Positions 40,901 through 51,200 of a stretch of DNA of 64,000 nucleotides are shown one piece after another. A program made the translations under genes and the position numbers. This DNA comes from an uncultured bacterium (GTDB lineage: Bacteria; Chloroflexota; UBA5177; JANWHV01), in contig CAWHAE010000012.1 of NCBI GenBank assembly GCA_963827235.1, positions 256,001-320,000 on the forward strand, read 5' to 3'. Under the pieces are notes generated by a model, which saw nothing but the letters and a program-made list of their open reading frames with translations, searched no databases and was not told where the DNA came from. Within the stretch, counting starts at the first letter, position 1, and each line of letters starts with the position of its first letter.

Positions 40901-41500
40901 TTCGCCGCGAGCGGAAATCCGGCGCCCACGTTCGCCCTGGCCGCTGGCGCGCCCGCCTTCCTCAGCATCAACGCCACCACCGGCGCGCTTGCGGGGAAAA
41001 TACCCGCGGGTACGACCACCTTTAGCTATGCCGTGAAGGCGACGAACAGCGCCGGGTCGGCGACCGCTGGGCCGTTCACCGTCACGGTGGGCAGCAGTCC
41101 CGCGCTGAGCGACAGCATCGACATCAGCGTGAGCGGCGGCATCCAGTACTACGACTCCGGACCCACCTCGAGCGGGCTGATCACAGTGTCGCCTGTGGGA
41201 CCGGCGCCCATCGGATCGGTGACCGGCACGGCGACGATTGCGGGTGTGCACGGCGGCCTGGCCACGGTAAGCATTGCCGTCGTCCGGCAGTCGAACGGTA
41301 CCTACAAAGGCAGCATAACCCTTGCGGATCCGTCGTCAATCTGGCCGGCGATGCACATGTTGGTCACGCCGGTGACTACCGTGTCGCGGACGGGTCCCTG
41401 CTCGGTGACCTCGTCGACCGACGGGTCGACGACCGTCGACGGCAAGAAGCTCACGTATAGAATCACCTGGTCGGTAGCCGAAAAAGGCCTGCCGGCCTGA
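37931..41500 (+). CDS. large secreted protein: TolB/PD40-like propeller + IPT/TIG repeats + putative Ig domain
   Basis: AAGGAG RBS; signal peptide ending ARA; WSADGSKMVF, PTISPDGTEVVY; GP.AGGE.V.ITG.GF.G.T.V.F; ASGNPAPTF...LSINATTGALAG. Confidence 0.88.
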   Translation: MVRVRNIQQWLREARGSRRSSLLRVLCSAALIAAGLVAAPAVTGRMPVSTARAQSLPPFNDIQFFDYCEATSQLPSWCSAPGIYQVPYPAGSSAPKLLTADGGYTSQWSADGSKMVFEYGTISNPGPSEYLSVQGIGIYANGVTTHIVLDPSASEPTISPDGTEVVYVENNQLLVEVSSSGGTPTQLGATTGLTGDYPYWAPATGKPGTNGLVVFSQPTDPTGGRDYLATVDPTQGASARATQVAVTDNYSANANDYAGEFPSASSDGSTYYFSGEIGGTVGIFSVPSTGGAPSNPLATPSASELAIMTNPLYGARAGANGHLLYYDEFGGNAGNIGRIFIDGSSNALTFSGANADPNDTQSYPTWAPGGGAPIVSTVGPNEGPVAGGESVSITGSGFTGATEVDFLAPDGTVAASATPTAVGDSALTVPQAPNLTAAVNKVGTNVDVVFDVVVKTPSGTSATNANDKYTAKVPVVTSVSTAQGGTTGGPAAGPVSGGETVTLTGHWLQGVTSVSLQPVQDIPFATAPTNVSAGGTILSFTAPNAGTEYRDSGVSVDLFVDLIVSVPVAGSTVAVITSSSTATGADDKFYLVPVAVSDITPHTSPVLGNGAVTISGTDLSNGTVILAPPAGTASSGGCNSGTPLSIAPEAGGSATSLSFVTKDTSPVMGKTQDDVVCDVEVRVPVPEITGASVTSLPNPGDPGDTLTFPAPKVEGLSFHSALVSGNTLLTIQGAGFIGVTRVEFVFTGFAVLPLTATPVSVLDSQITVNVPSAVLDENLLPNPLPTVDVQVQIPDSAGGFISSVANTNDTFNYVIPGTTAPPCNTLQNCNSGTNNTPGGAATATSTDASGSITVTGNGTGGITVGRYASIPVGTPSFSAGGTFFDVRVSTPNAFTSATINDCDLGGSTSVQWWNPAAGGGAGAWQAASSQVFSAGPPACILVTVNSTTAPTLAQMLGTVFVGAKPAAAKPAFTAQTPPLTVAAGATYAYAFAASGNPAPTFALAAGAPAFLSINATTGALAGKIPAGTTTFSYAVKATNSAGSATAGPFTVTVGSSPALSDSIDISVSGGIQYYDSGPTSSGLITVSPVGPAPIGSVTGTATIAGVHGGLATVSIAVVRQSNGTYKGSITLADPSSIWPAMHMLVTPVTTVSRTGPCSVTSSTDGSTTVDGKKLTYRITWSVAEKGLPA

Positions 41501-42292
41501 GCAGACCACCCGGTTCTGGGCAAGACGGCTCGCTCGCGCGCGGAAATGGGGCGACACCCTGCCACGGCATCCCGGGCCGCGCGACATGTTCACAGTGCCG
41601 TCCGGATCCGGCCGGAGGCGGCATATACCACGGGCGCCTGGGTGCCCTGTCCCTAACGAATTGGGCGGGAACGGGCACCAGGGCCCCGTCGACACATAGG
41701 CCGCACACGCGAGGTATCTGGCATGAGCGCAGTGTTCGGCTCGCAATGACACATGATATGGCTCACGACTGCGTCGGCGAACTGCTTGAGGGCTGCCGGA
41801 CACCACGGAGCCACATCGACGCGCAGGGTACGCACTGCGACCGCTGTGGAGCTGGAGCCCGCGGCGCGAGAGGACGCGTGCCCGTCATAGCTTTCGGCTG
41901 CTGACAATCTCCTGCGACTGGTGATCACTGGGTGCCGAATAGGTGTGACTGGTGGCTACCTTCGCACTCGATATACGGCACGCTCCCGGTTGCGTCCCAT
42001 GGCAGCGCATGGTCTCAGGCAAGGGACGACCGGCGTCATGGGAACTCCTGCTGCGGAGAGGTCAGCCCGCTGGCCGGCGTGGATAGGCCACGCCGGCACA
42101 GTGCCGCGAGGAGGATCTGAGTGCGGCGAAGCGGCGGGAGCGGTAGAATGCTCAGCGAGGTGCAGCACGCGTGCGCTGCCGCCGCTCGCGCCTCGGCGCC
42201 GTCAAGGGCGCGGAGCCTGCTGAGAGCACGCGGCAACCTGCGGAGCATGGGCACCTCACGGACCAAGCGAGTTGCAGGGAGACAAGAGAGTG

Positions 42293-42709
42293 ATGCAACC
42301 GACGGCTGACGTGGCCTACGAGAATCCCTACTGCACCGTGCGCTGGATAGCGGAAGGGCAGTACCTGTCCATCGAGTGGCGCGGCGCGCCGACCGCTGAG
42401 CCCTTCCACGCGGCCCACGAGGCAGCACTGCAGGTGCTCCAGCGCCATAGAGGTAGCAGGGTGCTGTTCGATACGCGCGCCCTCAAGGTCGTGCAGGGGA
42501 GTGATCAAGCCTGGTTCACTGCCGACTTTATGCCGCGGTTTGTGGCCGTGGGCATCAAGCGGTCAGCTGTGCTGGAAGCAGCGTCACCCATTGGCGCGCT
42601 GTCCATGGCGAACATCGTGAACACGGACACACAGCGCGGCCTCAAACGGGAGGCGAGAACCTTCGGCTCGCTCGACGCGGCGGTTAGCTGGCTGACGAGC
42701 GAGGAGTGA
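42293..42709 (+). CDS. STAS/SEC14 (SpoIIAA-like) domain protein
   Basis: YLSIEWRG, VLFDTRALKVV..DQAWF..DFMPR...GIKRSAVL, FGSLDAAVSWL. Confidence 0.8.
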   Translation: MQPTADVAYENPYCTVRWIAEGQYLSIEWRGAPTAEPFHAAHEAALQVLQRHRGSRVLFDTRALKVVQGSDQAWFTADFMPRFVAVGIKRSAVLEAASPIGALSMANIVNTDTQRGLKREARTFGSLDAAVSWLTSEE

Positions 42710-43021
42710 ACCGCGCCTGCGCCCTGCCCGTTGTCTGGACGCTGGTCGGGCAGGACGTCCTGCCTTTGCGAGCCAGCATACCCGGCGTAGGCGCTCTCGA
42801 CCACTGGCGACGGCGCGCACGCCCGTGGTCGCACTGAGGACAACAGCACAGGCGCGGTGTGGATATTCGTCCAGCACTCCCCATGGCGCTCGAGGCCATG
42901 TCAACTCGAAACAGGCCCAGCAACGGTGGTCACGGCAGGAAACACGGCATCACGCCGGCGATCGACTTCCGACGACACTCGCATCCAGCGGCCTGTCGCT
43001 GCCCTCGATGTACCTCTCGAG

Positions 43022-45271
43022 CTACTTCTTACGCTGCACGGGCGCGGAGGTGACACCACTCCCATTCAGGCGGCGCGCGCTGCCCGCCTCGGCCTGCGCC
43101 GCCGAAGATGTCTTCCAGTCGGTGTGGCGACGGCGCTGCACTGGCTGATCAACCTCTACCACCGCTTGGCCGGCTTCCAGCTCGAAGGCACCGACCGCCG
43201 CCCGCAGCCTCGCCGCGAGCGCCGCCAGTTCCTGCACTCCGGCGTTCATCTCCTCCACGCCGGCAGTCTGCTCCTGGGTCGAGGCACTCACTTCTTCCGC
43301 GCTTGCCGCGCTCTGCTCACTGGCTGACGCGATGCTTTCGATGGCCCGTTCCACCCGCTCAGATCGCGCGCGCATCGTTTCTGTCGCCTGCGCGGTCTCC
43401 TCCGCGACCTGGTTCTGCGATCGGGCAAGGCCGGTGATAAGCTTCACGTTGTGCGCTACGTTCTCGTTCGCCGCGCTGATGCGCGTCACCTGCGCTTGCG
43501 TTCCCCCTACCACCGTGACAATGCTGTCCAGGGCGCCCTGGGTCTGGCCACCCAACGCCGCGCTCTCTTCCACTGCCGCTCGCGCTGCCTGCATCGCCGC
43601 CACCACCTCACGCACTTGCGCTTGGATGGCTGTGATGCGCCCGGTGATCTCCTTCGTCTCGCTGGAGGAACGCTCGGCGAGCTTGCGCACTTCGGCCGCC
43701 ACGACGGTGAAGCCCTTGCCGTGTTCGCCCGCTCGCGCCGCTTCAATGGCCGCGTTCAGCGCGAGCAGGTTTGTCTGCGCGGCGATATCGTCGATCGCCT
43801 CCACGATCTGTCCGATCTCGGCACTGTGCCGGCCCAACGTAGCGACCTGGTCCGCGCTGCGCGTCACCGCGGCACGGACGGACTCGATGCTCGCGACGGT
43901 CTGGGCGACGACCGTGCCGCCATCGCGCGCGGAGGCATGGGCCTGGTCGGCCGCCTCCACCACCGAGGCCAGGCTCTGGTTGGCAGCACCAATGGCGGTC
44001 GCCATGTCCTCAAGTGCTTGCGTGATGGGCATGGCTGCGGCCAGTTGCCGTGCCACGCCATCGGCTACCTCCCCGATGGAAGCGATCAGCGCTCCGGTGT
44101 GTTCCCGGAGCTCCCCGGCGGTCTTGCCCTGCTCGCCCGCGCCGCGCGCCACCTCCTCGATGGCCTTGGCGATCTGCGTGCTGGCCTCCCCGATCTGCTC
44201 GCTGGTTTGGGCAAGCTGCCCCGATGCCGCCTCCACAGTCGTAGCGTTGTCGACGACCTGCCGAATGAGCTGCCGCATCGCGGTGAGCATGCGGGCGAAC
44301 GACGTGCCAAGCGCATCCTGCTCGGATTGCGGTGCAACCTGCACCGTCAGATCGCCCTGGGCCATGTGATTGGCCGAAGTGGCGAGCGACTGCATGTAGC
44401 CGATCGTCTGGCGGAAGGCCCTGGCCAACTGGCCGATCTCGTCCTGCCGCTCGATGGTGATGGTTTGCTCTACATCACCCTGCGAGAGCTTGGTGGCCAC
44501 GGCGGCCATGCCTGCAAGCAGCCGTATCGGTCGCGTGAACAGGAACGTCGCGGCGACGAGCGCCAGCAACAAGGCAATCGCTGCCAGCACAATGTGCCAG
44601 GTGATTGCCGTCAACTGGGCGTCAATGCGCGCGAGCGATAGGCCGGCCCGAAATCCGCCCCAGTGTTGGCCGTCGACCATGATCGGTGCCGAGATGTCCC
44701 AGATCATCTGGCCCGTATCTTTGCGGTAGCTCTGCCGCAGCACGGGCTGCGTGTTCCTGGCGACGGTGATCCCCACGGCGTCGTTGAAGATGCGCTTGGT
44801 CCTATTGTTGGCGAGATCGGTGTCGTAGTTGCCCGTGAGCGGCTTCGAGAAGACCGTGTTGTGCGTGGGCACGTAGCCGTTAATGTCCTCGGCTAGAGCG
44901 TACGCCACGTCCGCATCGTCGAGGTACGCGTCCTCGATCTTCTGAATGCTGCTATCCATGAAGCGGTCGTAGGCGGTGTGGTACTTCTTGGGATTTGTGT
45001 TGGGGATTGCCTGATAGCGGGTGTCGAACACCTGCGTACGGCTGAGCTGATGGCTGGAGATAGCTTCTTGGAGGACAGACCCCATGGTCTGGGCGCCGGT
45101 TTGGGCCATGATCTGGCCCTTGGCCAACAGGGCATCTTGGAGCGAGTTCCGCTGCGATTGCACGTCATAGATCACAAACGCGGTGAGCAGGACGGCGATA
45201 CTGCCCAGCATAAGCAGGGCAACCTTCCTTTGCATGCTGCTCGCGAGCCACAACCTGAGTCTGCCTAGCAT
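43022..45271 (-). CDS. methyl-accepting chemotaxis protein (2 TM, Cache-like sensor, HAMP)
   Basis: AAGGAGG RBS; [10 protein letters not shown]; [38 protein letters not shown]. Confidence 0.96.
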   Translation of the reverse strand: MLGRLRLWLASSMQRKVALLMLGSIAVLLTAFVIYDVQSQRNSLQDALLAKGQIMAQTGAQTMGSVLQEAISSHQLSRTQVFDTRYQAIPNTNPKKYHTAYDRFMDSSIQKIEDAYLDDADVAYALAEDINGYVPTHNTVFSKPLTGNYDTDLANNRTKRIFNDAVGITVARNTQPVLRQSYRKDTGQMIWDISAPIMVDGQHWGGFRAGLSLARIDAQLTAITWHIVLAAIALLLALVAATFLFTRPIRLLAGMAAVATKLSQGDVEQTITIERQDEIGQLARAFRQTIGYMQSLATSANHMAQGDLTVQVAPQSEQDALGTSFARMLTAMRQLIRQVVDNATTVEAASGQLAQTSEQIGEASTQIAKAIEEVARGAGEQGKTAGELREHTGALIASIGEVADGVARQLAAAMPITQALEDMATAIGAANQSLASVVEAADQAHASARDGGTVVAQTVASIESVRAAVTRSADQVATLGRHSAEIGQIVEAIDDIAAQTNLLALNAAIEAARAGEHGKGFTVVAAEVRKLAERSSSETKEITGRITAIQAQVREVVAAMQAARAAVEESAALGGQTQGALDSIVTVVGGTQAQVTRISAANENVAHNVKLITGLARSQNQVAEETAQATETMRARSERVERAIESIASASEQSAASAEEVSASTQEQTAGVEEMNAGVQELAALAARLRAAVGAFELEAGQAVVEVDQPVQRRRHTDWKTSSAAQAEAGSARRLNGSGVTSAPVQRKK

Positions 45272-45398
45272 CGTTCTCCTCCTCCTTGGTTACCTCCAAC
45301 CCATTAATCACGTTCCTGTTCGCACTGCCCTGTGGCGGACTGCTGGTGACGAGCCTGGCGTAGACCGCCACATTCTCACGCGTCAGGATATGGCTCTA

Positions 45399-45425
45399 AT
45401 ATCGGCATAAACGGCCTAATCTTTA
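45399..45425 (-). promoter_or_regulatory. sigma28 (FliA/WhiG) promoter of the MCP gene
   Basis: Minus strand TAAA-N15-GCCGATAT against consensus TAAA-N15-GCCGATAA. Confidence 0.85.
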
Positions 45426-45748
45426 GAGGGCCCTGTCGTGAGCAGGCATGGCAGCGCCGGTCGATTGACGAGGACGCCCGCGGCGCTGAGGCGCACTGAC
45501 ACTCCTTCGGCCGGTCTCCTCGAAACCCGTGCCGACCCGCTGCCGGCCACACAGCCGGCGACGAGCAGGATTCCCGGCCGAACACAGCACAACCGCATAG
45601 CGCTAGGCATGAGCTCCCTCTTTCGCCTTGTCGGCGGTCGGTGCGACCGCCGTGATGAGATGGTGCGCGGGCTGCCGGCTTCGCGGCAGGCAGTGGCGCA
45701 GGCGCACGAACCGCGCAGAACGCAGTTCGTGCGCCTGCGCCAGTCGAG

Positions 45749-47920
45749 TCAGCTGAACCCGAGCAGCGGCGCAATCAGCACCCAGACGCCATCGTGCACC
45801 TCATCTGCCGTGGCTACGGCGCCGGCACTAGTCGCGAGAAAGACGTCTTCCTGGTGGTCGTTGCGCGTGGCTGCGCCCAGCGCGGCGCCGGCAGGTGCCA
45901 GTCCGGCCTGGCTGATGGCGACAGGGTTGCTCCAGGGACCATCTTGAGCCTCAAAGGCCGTGTAGAGCGCTCCATCGCCGCCCACAAAGAATACGTCCTC
46001 CTGATGGTCGTTGCGTGCCACGGCCGTGATGTTGCCGCCGTCCGGCATGAAGTGGTCCGAAGTGAGCGCGATGGGTGCGCTCCAGGCGCCGTCGTTGTCC
46101 TCGTAGATCGTGTTGAGCTTGCCGGTGGTGCCAGCGAAAAAGACGTCCTCCTGGTGGTCATTGCGCACGACCGCGGCGATGCTGGCGCCTGGAGGCACGA
46201 TACCGATCGTCGTGCGCAGGGTATTCTCGCCCGTCAGCGAGCGGAACGTCGAGCTGATCGGTGCCCCGGTTGTGGGGGTCAGTTGAATCGGGCTACTCCA
46301 CGCGCCATCGTTGGCCTCGAATACGGTATAGAGCGCGCCCACACCACCTGCGTAGAAGACGTCCTCCTGGTGATCGTTGCGGACCGCTGCCGCCACTGGG
46401 GCGCCCGCCGGGGCCGCGCTTGCCGCGGTAACCGTGATCGGAGCGCTCCAGGGCCCGTCGTTCGCTTCGAACAGGGTGATCAGTGCGCCGTCTCTGCTGA
46501 TGAAGAAAATGTCCTCCTGGCGATCGTTGCGTACCGCGGCGGCGATGTGCGCTCCTGGTGTGGCAATGCTCACGGTGATGCGCACCCCGCCGCTCTCTCC
46601 CAGCCTCGCCGCGCTTGAGCCCACGCTGGATGCCGTTGTGAGCGCGAGAGGCGCGCTCCAGGCACCACCTTCGACCTCGTAGAGGGTGTAAAGCTTGCTA
46701 TTGGTGCCAACGAAGAAGAGATCCTCCTGATGAGCGTTCCGCACCGCCACGGCCACAGGTGCGCCGGCCGGGGCCGCTCCTGCCGCGGTAAGCGCGATCG
46801 GCGCGCTCCAGGCACCGTCGTTGTCCTCGTAGGTGGTGAATACCGTGCCGTCGTTGCCGACAAAGAAGGCATCCTCCTGAGAGCCGTTGCGCGCAGCCAG
46901 CGCTATCGACGCGCCCGCCGGTGCCGGAATCGCGTTCCGGCCTGCCGTGCCCGGAAGGAGAGAACCGACCTCCAGCACTGAGGTGTTCACCAGGTTCCAG
47001 CTCAGCTCCGCGTAGCCGTTATGGCCCCAGCCTGTGCCCCAGGAGTTCTCCACCCAGAGACCTTTGTCGTCGTATGCGCTGGCAAACATGGCGTGGCCGG
47101 CGGCACCCTCGGTGCTCAGGCTGTCGAAGTAGTACGAGCCAGCGCGGCCATCATTCTGGAAGGGTGTGTCGACGTTTAGCGCAATGACCACCGGGCTTCC
47201 GTTTGCCATGTACGTCCGGATATATTCCTCGACCGACATGTGGGCGCGATCCAGCTGATCCCTCAGTACGATCTGATACGACGCGATCTTGTACTGTGAG
47301 CCATTGGCGGACTCACTGGCCGTCGGAAGGTCGGTAAAGTCCTGCGTGCCCTGTGCGTAGTCGGATTCCGCGTCGATGCCCTGCTGCTGCAGGATCGACA
47401 TATTGTCATCGAGCGACGAACCCTTGTCCTGACCCTGGGATTTGTTGTCACTGATCTGGCTGTAGAGGAACATGGGTGCGAAGCCGGTCAGACCGTCCGC
47501 ACCGGCAGCCGGAAGGTAGCCGCTCTCATTGGCCCACCAGCCTGCCAGGTAGTAGCCGGTGGCCCAGGACGCACAGGACCCAACGTTGCCTTGGGAGCCA
47601 ACAGGCGGGTCGTACTTGGACAGGTCAACCTTGTCAGGCAACTGGTCGCCGGTCACCGGAGGCATGCCTACCGACGAGAAATGCGGCTGCACCGTGATCG
47701 TCGTCTGAATCGCGTCGCCGGTCTGATCGATGATCGCACCGGTGCCGGATGCTCCGTCGCCGGGCATTCCAGTGGCCTGCTGCGCCGCGGCCGGGAAGTC
47801 CGCCGTGCCGCTATCGTCTGCCCGTACAGCGCCTCCGCTGTACGCTATCGCCGTGCAAAGCAGCGCCGGCACCATCGACATCGTGAGCAATCTTGTGCCG
47901 TACATCATGGAGCGCCGCAT
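45749..47920 (-). CDS. secreted papain-family (C1) peptidase with C-terminal fucose-lectin-like beta-propeller repeats
   Basis: QGNVGSCASWA, GHAM and ENSWG catalytic motifs; about 7 repeats of RNDHQEDVFF.G.DG.LYT.FE.NDG.WS.PI; signal peptide ending VRA. Confidence 0.88.
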   Translation of the reverse strand: MRRSMMYGTRLLTMSMVPALLCTAIAYSGGAVRADDSGTADFPAAAQQATGMPGDGASGTGAIIDQTGDAIQTTITVQPHFSSVGMPPVTGDQLPDKVDLSKYDPPVGSQGNVGSCASWATGYYLAGWWANESGYLPAAGADGLTGFAPMFLYSQISDNKSQGQDKGSSLDDNMSILQQQGIDAESDYAQGTQDFTDLPTASESANGSQYKIASYQIVLRDQLDRAHMSVEEYIRTYMANGSPVVIALNVDTPFQNDGRAGSYYFDSLSTEGAAGHAMFASAYDDKGLWVENSWGTGWGHNGYAELSWNLVNTSVLEVGSLLPGTAGRNAIPAPAGASIALAARNGSQEDAFFVGNDGTVFTTYEDNDGAWSAPIALTAAGAAPAGAPVAVAVRNAHQEDLFFVGTNSKLYTLYEVEGGAWSAPLALTTASSVGSSAARLGESGGVRITVSIATPGAHIAAAVRNDRQEDIFFISRDGALITLFEANDGPWSAPITVTAASAAPAGAPVAAAVRNDHQEDVFYAGGVGALYTVFEANDGAWSSPIQLTPTTGAPISSTFRSLTGENTLRTTIGIVPPGASIAAVVRNDHQEDVFFAGTTGKLNTIYEDNDGAWSAPIALTSDHFMPDGGNITAVARNDHQEDVFFVGGDGALYTAFEAQDGPWSNPVAISQAGLAPAGAALGAATRNDHQEDVFLATSAGAVATADEVHDGVWVLIAPLLGFS

Positions 47921-48117
47921 CTTCTCTGCCACATCAACGAGCTTTCGAATCCGCCTTTGACAGCTACCTCGTCCCATGGTGGTGTTCCTCGCTCTTCGGT
48001 CCTGGTGGCGCACTCGATGCGCGCCGTTCGTTTTGGACCACACTGCCACTGTGGGGCACGCGCGTCGCTGCTGCGTCGCTCGCCGGTGCCGACCGTTTCC
48101 CCCTTCGGTAGCGCAGT

Positions 48118-48151
48118 CTTGTGTAAGGGAGAGCGCGTGCCCTTACACAAG
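48118..48151. promoter_or_regulatory. palindrome CTTGTGTAAGG-N12-CCTTACACAAG
   Basis: Lies between the divergent peptidase and BTAD regulator genes; the same arms occur at 53869. Confidence 0.7.
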
Positions 48152-48250
48152 CGGCGCTCGTGGGAGCCGGCGTACGCGTGAAGAGCATCGTCTGGCTAGA
48201 ATAGTCTAGAGGAGCGACACAGGTCGCCCGCCCGGCGTGGAGGCTTGGGC

Positions 48251-51200
48251 ATGTCCACTCCGCATGCTCGTGACACGGCATCCCTCAAGTACAGCCAGCA
48301 GTACCGGCGCTGTGGCAAGGCCGGCTGCCCGACCTGCATGCCGCCCGGTCGCGGCCACGGGCCCTACTGGTACGCCTACTGGTGGGAGCAGGGCAGGGTG
48401 CGGTCGCGCTATCTTGGCAAGGAATTGCCGGGTGCAAGGCCTGATCTCCAGGTGGTTCCCGCGTCGACTACGGCGTTGAGCCTGCGGGTGCGTACGCTCG
48501 GCGGCTTTGCAGCGTGGCGCGGAGACGATTCGGTTCCCGCCGCGTCGTGGCGGCGCCGGAAAGTGGCAGAATTGTTCAAGGTCATGTTGAGCGCCCCCGG
48601 CTATCGCTTGCACGTTGAGCACCTTCTCGACATCCTCCTTCCTGATTCGGAACCGGCCGAGGCGAGCAAGTGGCTGCGTTTGACCCTGTACCGGCTGCGC
48701 AAGATTCTCGACGCACCGGGCGCTCCGGCAAGCCACCTGCAGAGGCAGGGAGCCCTGCTCACGCTGGTGCCCACCGTGGAAGGTACGGCTGAACCCGACT
48801 GGCTGGACGCAGCTGCCTTCGCCCGTACCGCCGTCGAAGCGCTGGCCAGGCGCGACATCGGGCTCTGCCGGGAAGCGCTCGCGCTGTACGGCGGCGAGTA
48901 CCTGCCGGAAGATCGCTACGAGGATTGGGCGGGGCGGCGGCGCGAAGAGCTTCGCAGCCAACACGTGGCGGTGCTCCTGTGCCTGGCGGACCTGAGCCGG
49001 GCAGCGGGCCAGCCGGAGGATGTGCTGCGATGTCTGCGTACGGTGCTGGCCGAGGATCCTTGCCACGAGGTCGCGGCGCGGTCATTGATGAAGCTCTTTG
49101 CCGAAGAGGGCCGGCTCGGTGAGGCGCTCGAGGTTCACCGGTCGTTGGCGAAGGCGCTGGAGGTAGACCTGGGCCAGCGCCCTGCGAACGAAACGGAGGC
49201 GATCAGGAAGCGGATAGCTGCCGAGGCACCGGTGGCGCTCGTACCGCTCGCGCGCCGCACGAACCTGCCCTCGCCGCTGACCAGCTTTGTGGGCCGCGGG
49301 TGGGAGCGGAGCGAAGTGCTGCGCATGCTGCGGACGAAGAGTGGTACCGGCCGCCTGGTGACGCTCCTTGGCCCGGGCGGTTGCGGCAAGACGCGACTGG
49401 CGACAGAGGTCGCACGCGGGCTGCTCGACGACTTCTCGGACGGTGTTTGGCTGGTGAGGTTGGCGGGCCTCTTGGCAAGCGATGAGCCCGATCCCGCTCA
49501 GCCGGGGCAAGCAGTCGCCGCTGTTCTGGGCCTGTCTGAGCGCGCCGGACAGCCGCTGATGGAGGTGTTGGCCGGTCACCTGGCGACCAAGCACCTGCTG
49601 CTGGTGCTGGACAACTGTGAGCACGTGGCCGCCGCCTGCGCCGCGCTGGCGGTCGCGTTGCTGGAAGCATCGCCGAAGCTGCGCATCCTGACCACCAGCC
49701 AGGCTGCGCTGGGCGTCCTGGGCGAGGGGGCGTGGCGCGTGCCGTCGCTCTCGCTGCCCGCGGGCGACGACCTTCCGGCCGCTGATCTGGCAGCCTACGA
49801 GGCGGTGCAGCTGTTCGTGGATCGAGGGCGCGCCATGGCGCCACGCTTTGTCCTCGACGACCGTAACGCGGCGGCGGTGGCGCGTATCTGTCGCCGGCTC
49901 GACGGCATGCCGCTGGCACTGGAGTTGGCGGCGGCACGGCTCGCTTCGCTCTCGGCGGAGGGACTGGCCGCGCGTCTGGATGATCGCTTAGCGCTGCTGA
50001 CCATTGGCAACCGCGCGGCGCCGCCGCGCCAGCAGACGCTACGAGCCACGATCGAATGGAGCGTGGGTCTGCTGAGCGCCGCGGAGCGGCTATTGCTAGA
50101 GCGACTCTCGGTGTTCGCAGGCGGCTGGACACTGGATGCCGCGGAGACCGTCTGCGCGGGGCGCGATCTGCCCAAACGCACGGTGCTGGAGCGGCTGGAC
50201 CGGTTGGTGGCCAAGTCCTTGGTCCAAGTGGACGAGACAGGCGACCATCTGCGCTACCGTATGCTCGAGTCGATACGCGCGTTCGCGCAGGAGCTTGCCG
50301 AGTCAACTGGGGAGCTGGAACCCGCGAAGGGGCGCCACCTGGACTGGTACATGGCCCTGGCGGAGGTCGCGGCGCCTGCCCTTACCGGGCCGGACCAACC
50401 CACATGGCTGGCTCGCTTGGAACTGGAGCACGATAACCTGCGCGCGGCGCTGGGCGAGGCCAGGGCCTGTCACAGGCAGGAGGAGGGTCTGCGACTGGCT
50501 GGCGCGCTGTGGCGCTTCTGGGCGACGCGAGGGTATCACGACGAGGGACGTCGATGGCTCGAAGCGGCGTTGGTCGGCGCCGGAGCCGGCTATCCATCCG
50601 CGCGAGCCATGGCGCTGAACGGGGCCGGCAATCTCGCCTACCAGCAGAGTGACTACGCACGAGCCATGGTGTTGCATGAGGAGGCGCTTGCCCTGCGGCG
50701 CGAGCTGGGGGACAGCAGAGGTATAGCCGGCTCACTCGCCAACCTCGGCACAGTCGCGTACCTCCAGGGCAGCTACGGGCGCGCGGCGACCCTCTACGAG
50801 GAGTCGCTCGCCGTGTTGCACGAACTAAGGGATAGCTGGGGCATCGCCGGCATGCTCAACAATCTCGCGATGATCGCGTATCAACGAGGTGACTACGATC
50901 GATCTGCGGCTCTGTATGCGGACAGCTTGGAGTTGTGGCGTGCCCTGGATGACCGGGAGAGCATCGCCGGCACCCTCGGCAACCTTGGGCTGGTGGTCTA
51001 CCGGCAGGGCGATTATGCGCGCGCGGCGAGTCTGCAGGAAGACGCGCTGGCTCTGCAGCGCGAGTTGGGAGACAAACCAGGGATCGCCATCACGCTCGGC
51101 AACCTGGGGCTGGTACTGTATCGTCAGGGCGACCACGGGCGTGCTGCGGCATTGCACGAGGAGAGCCTGACGCTCCTGCGTGAGCTGGGCGACAAGCGCA

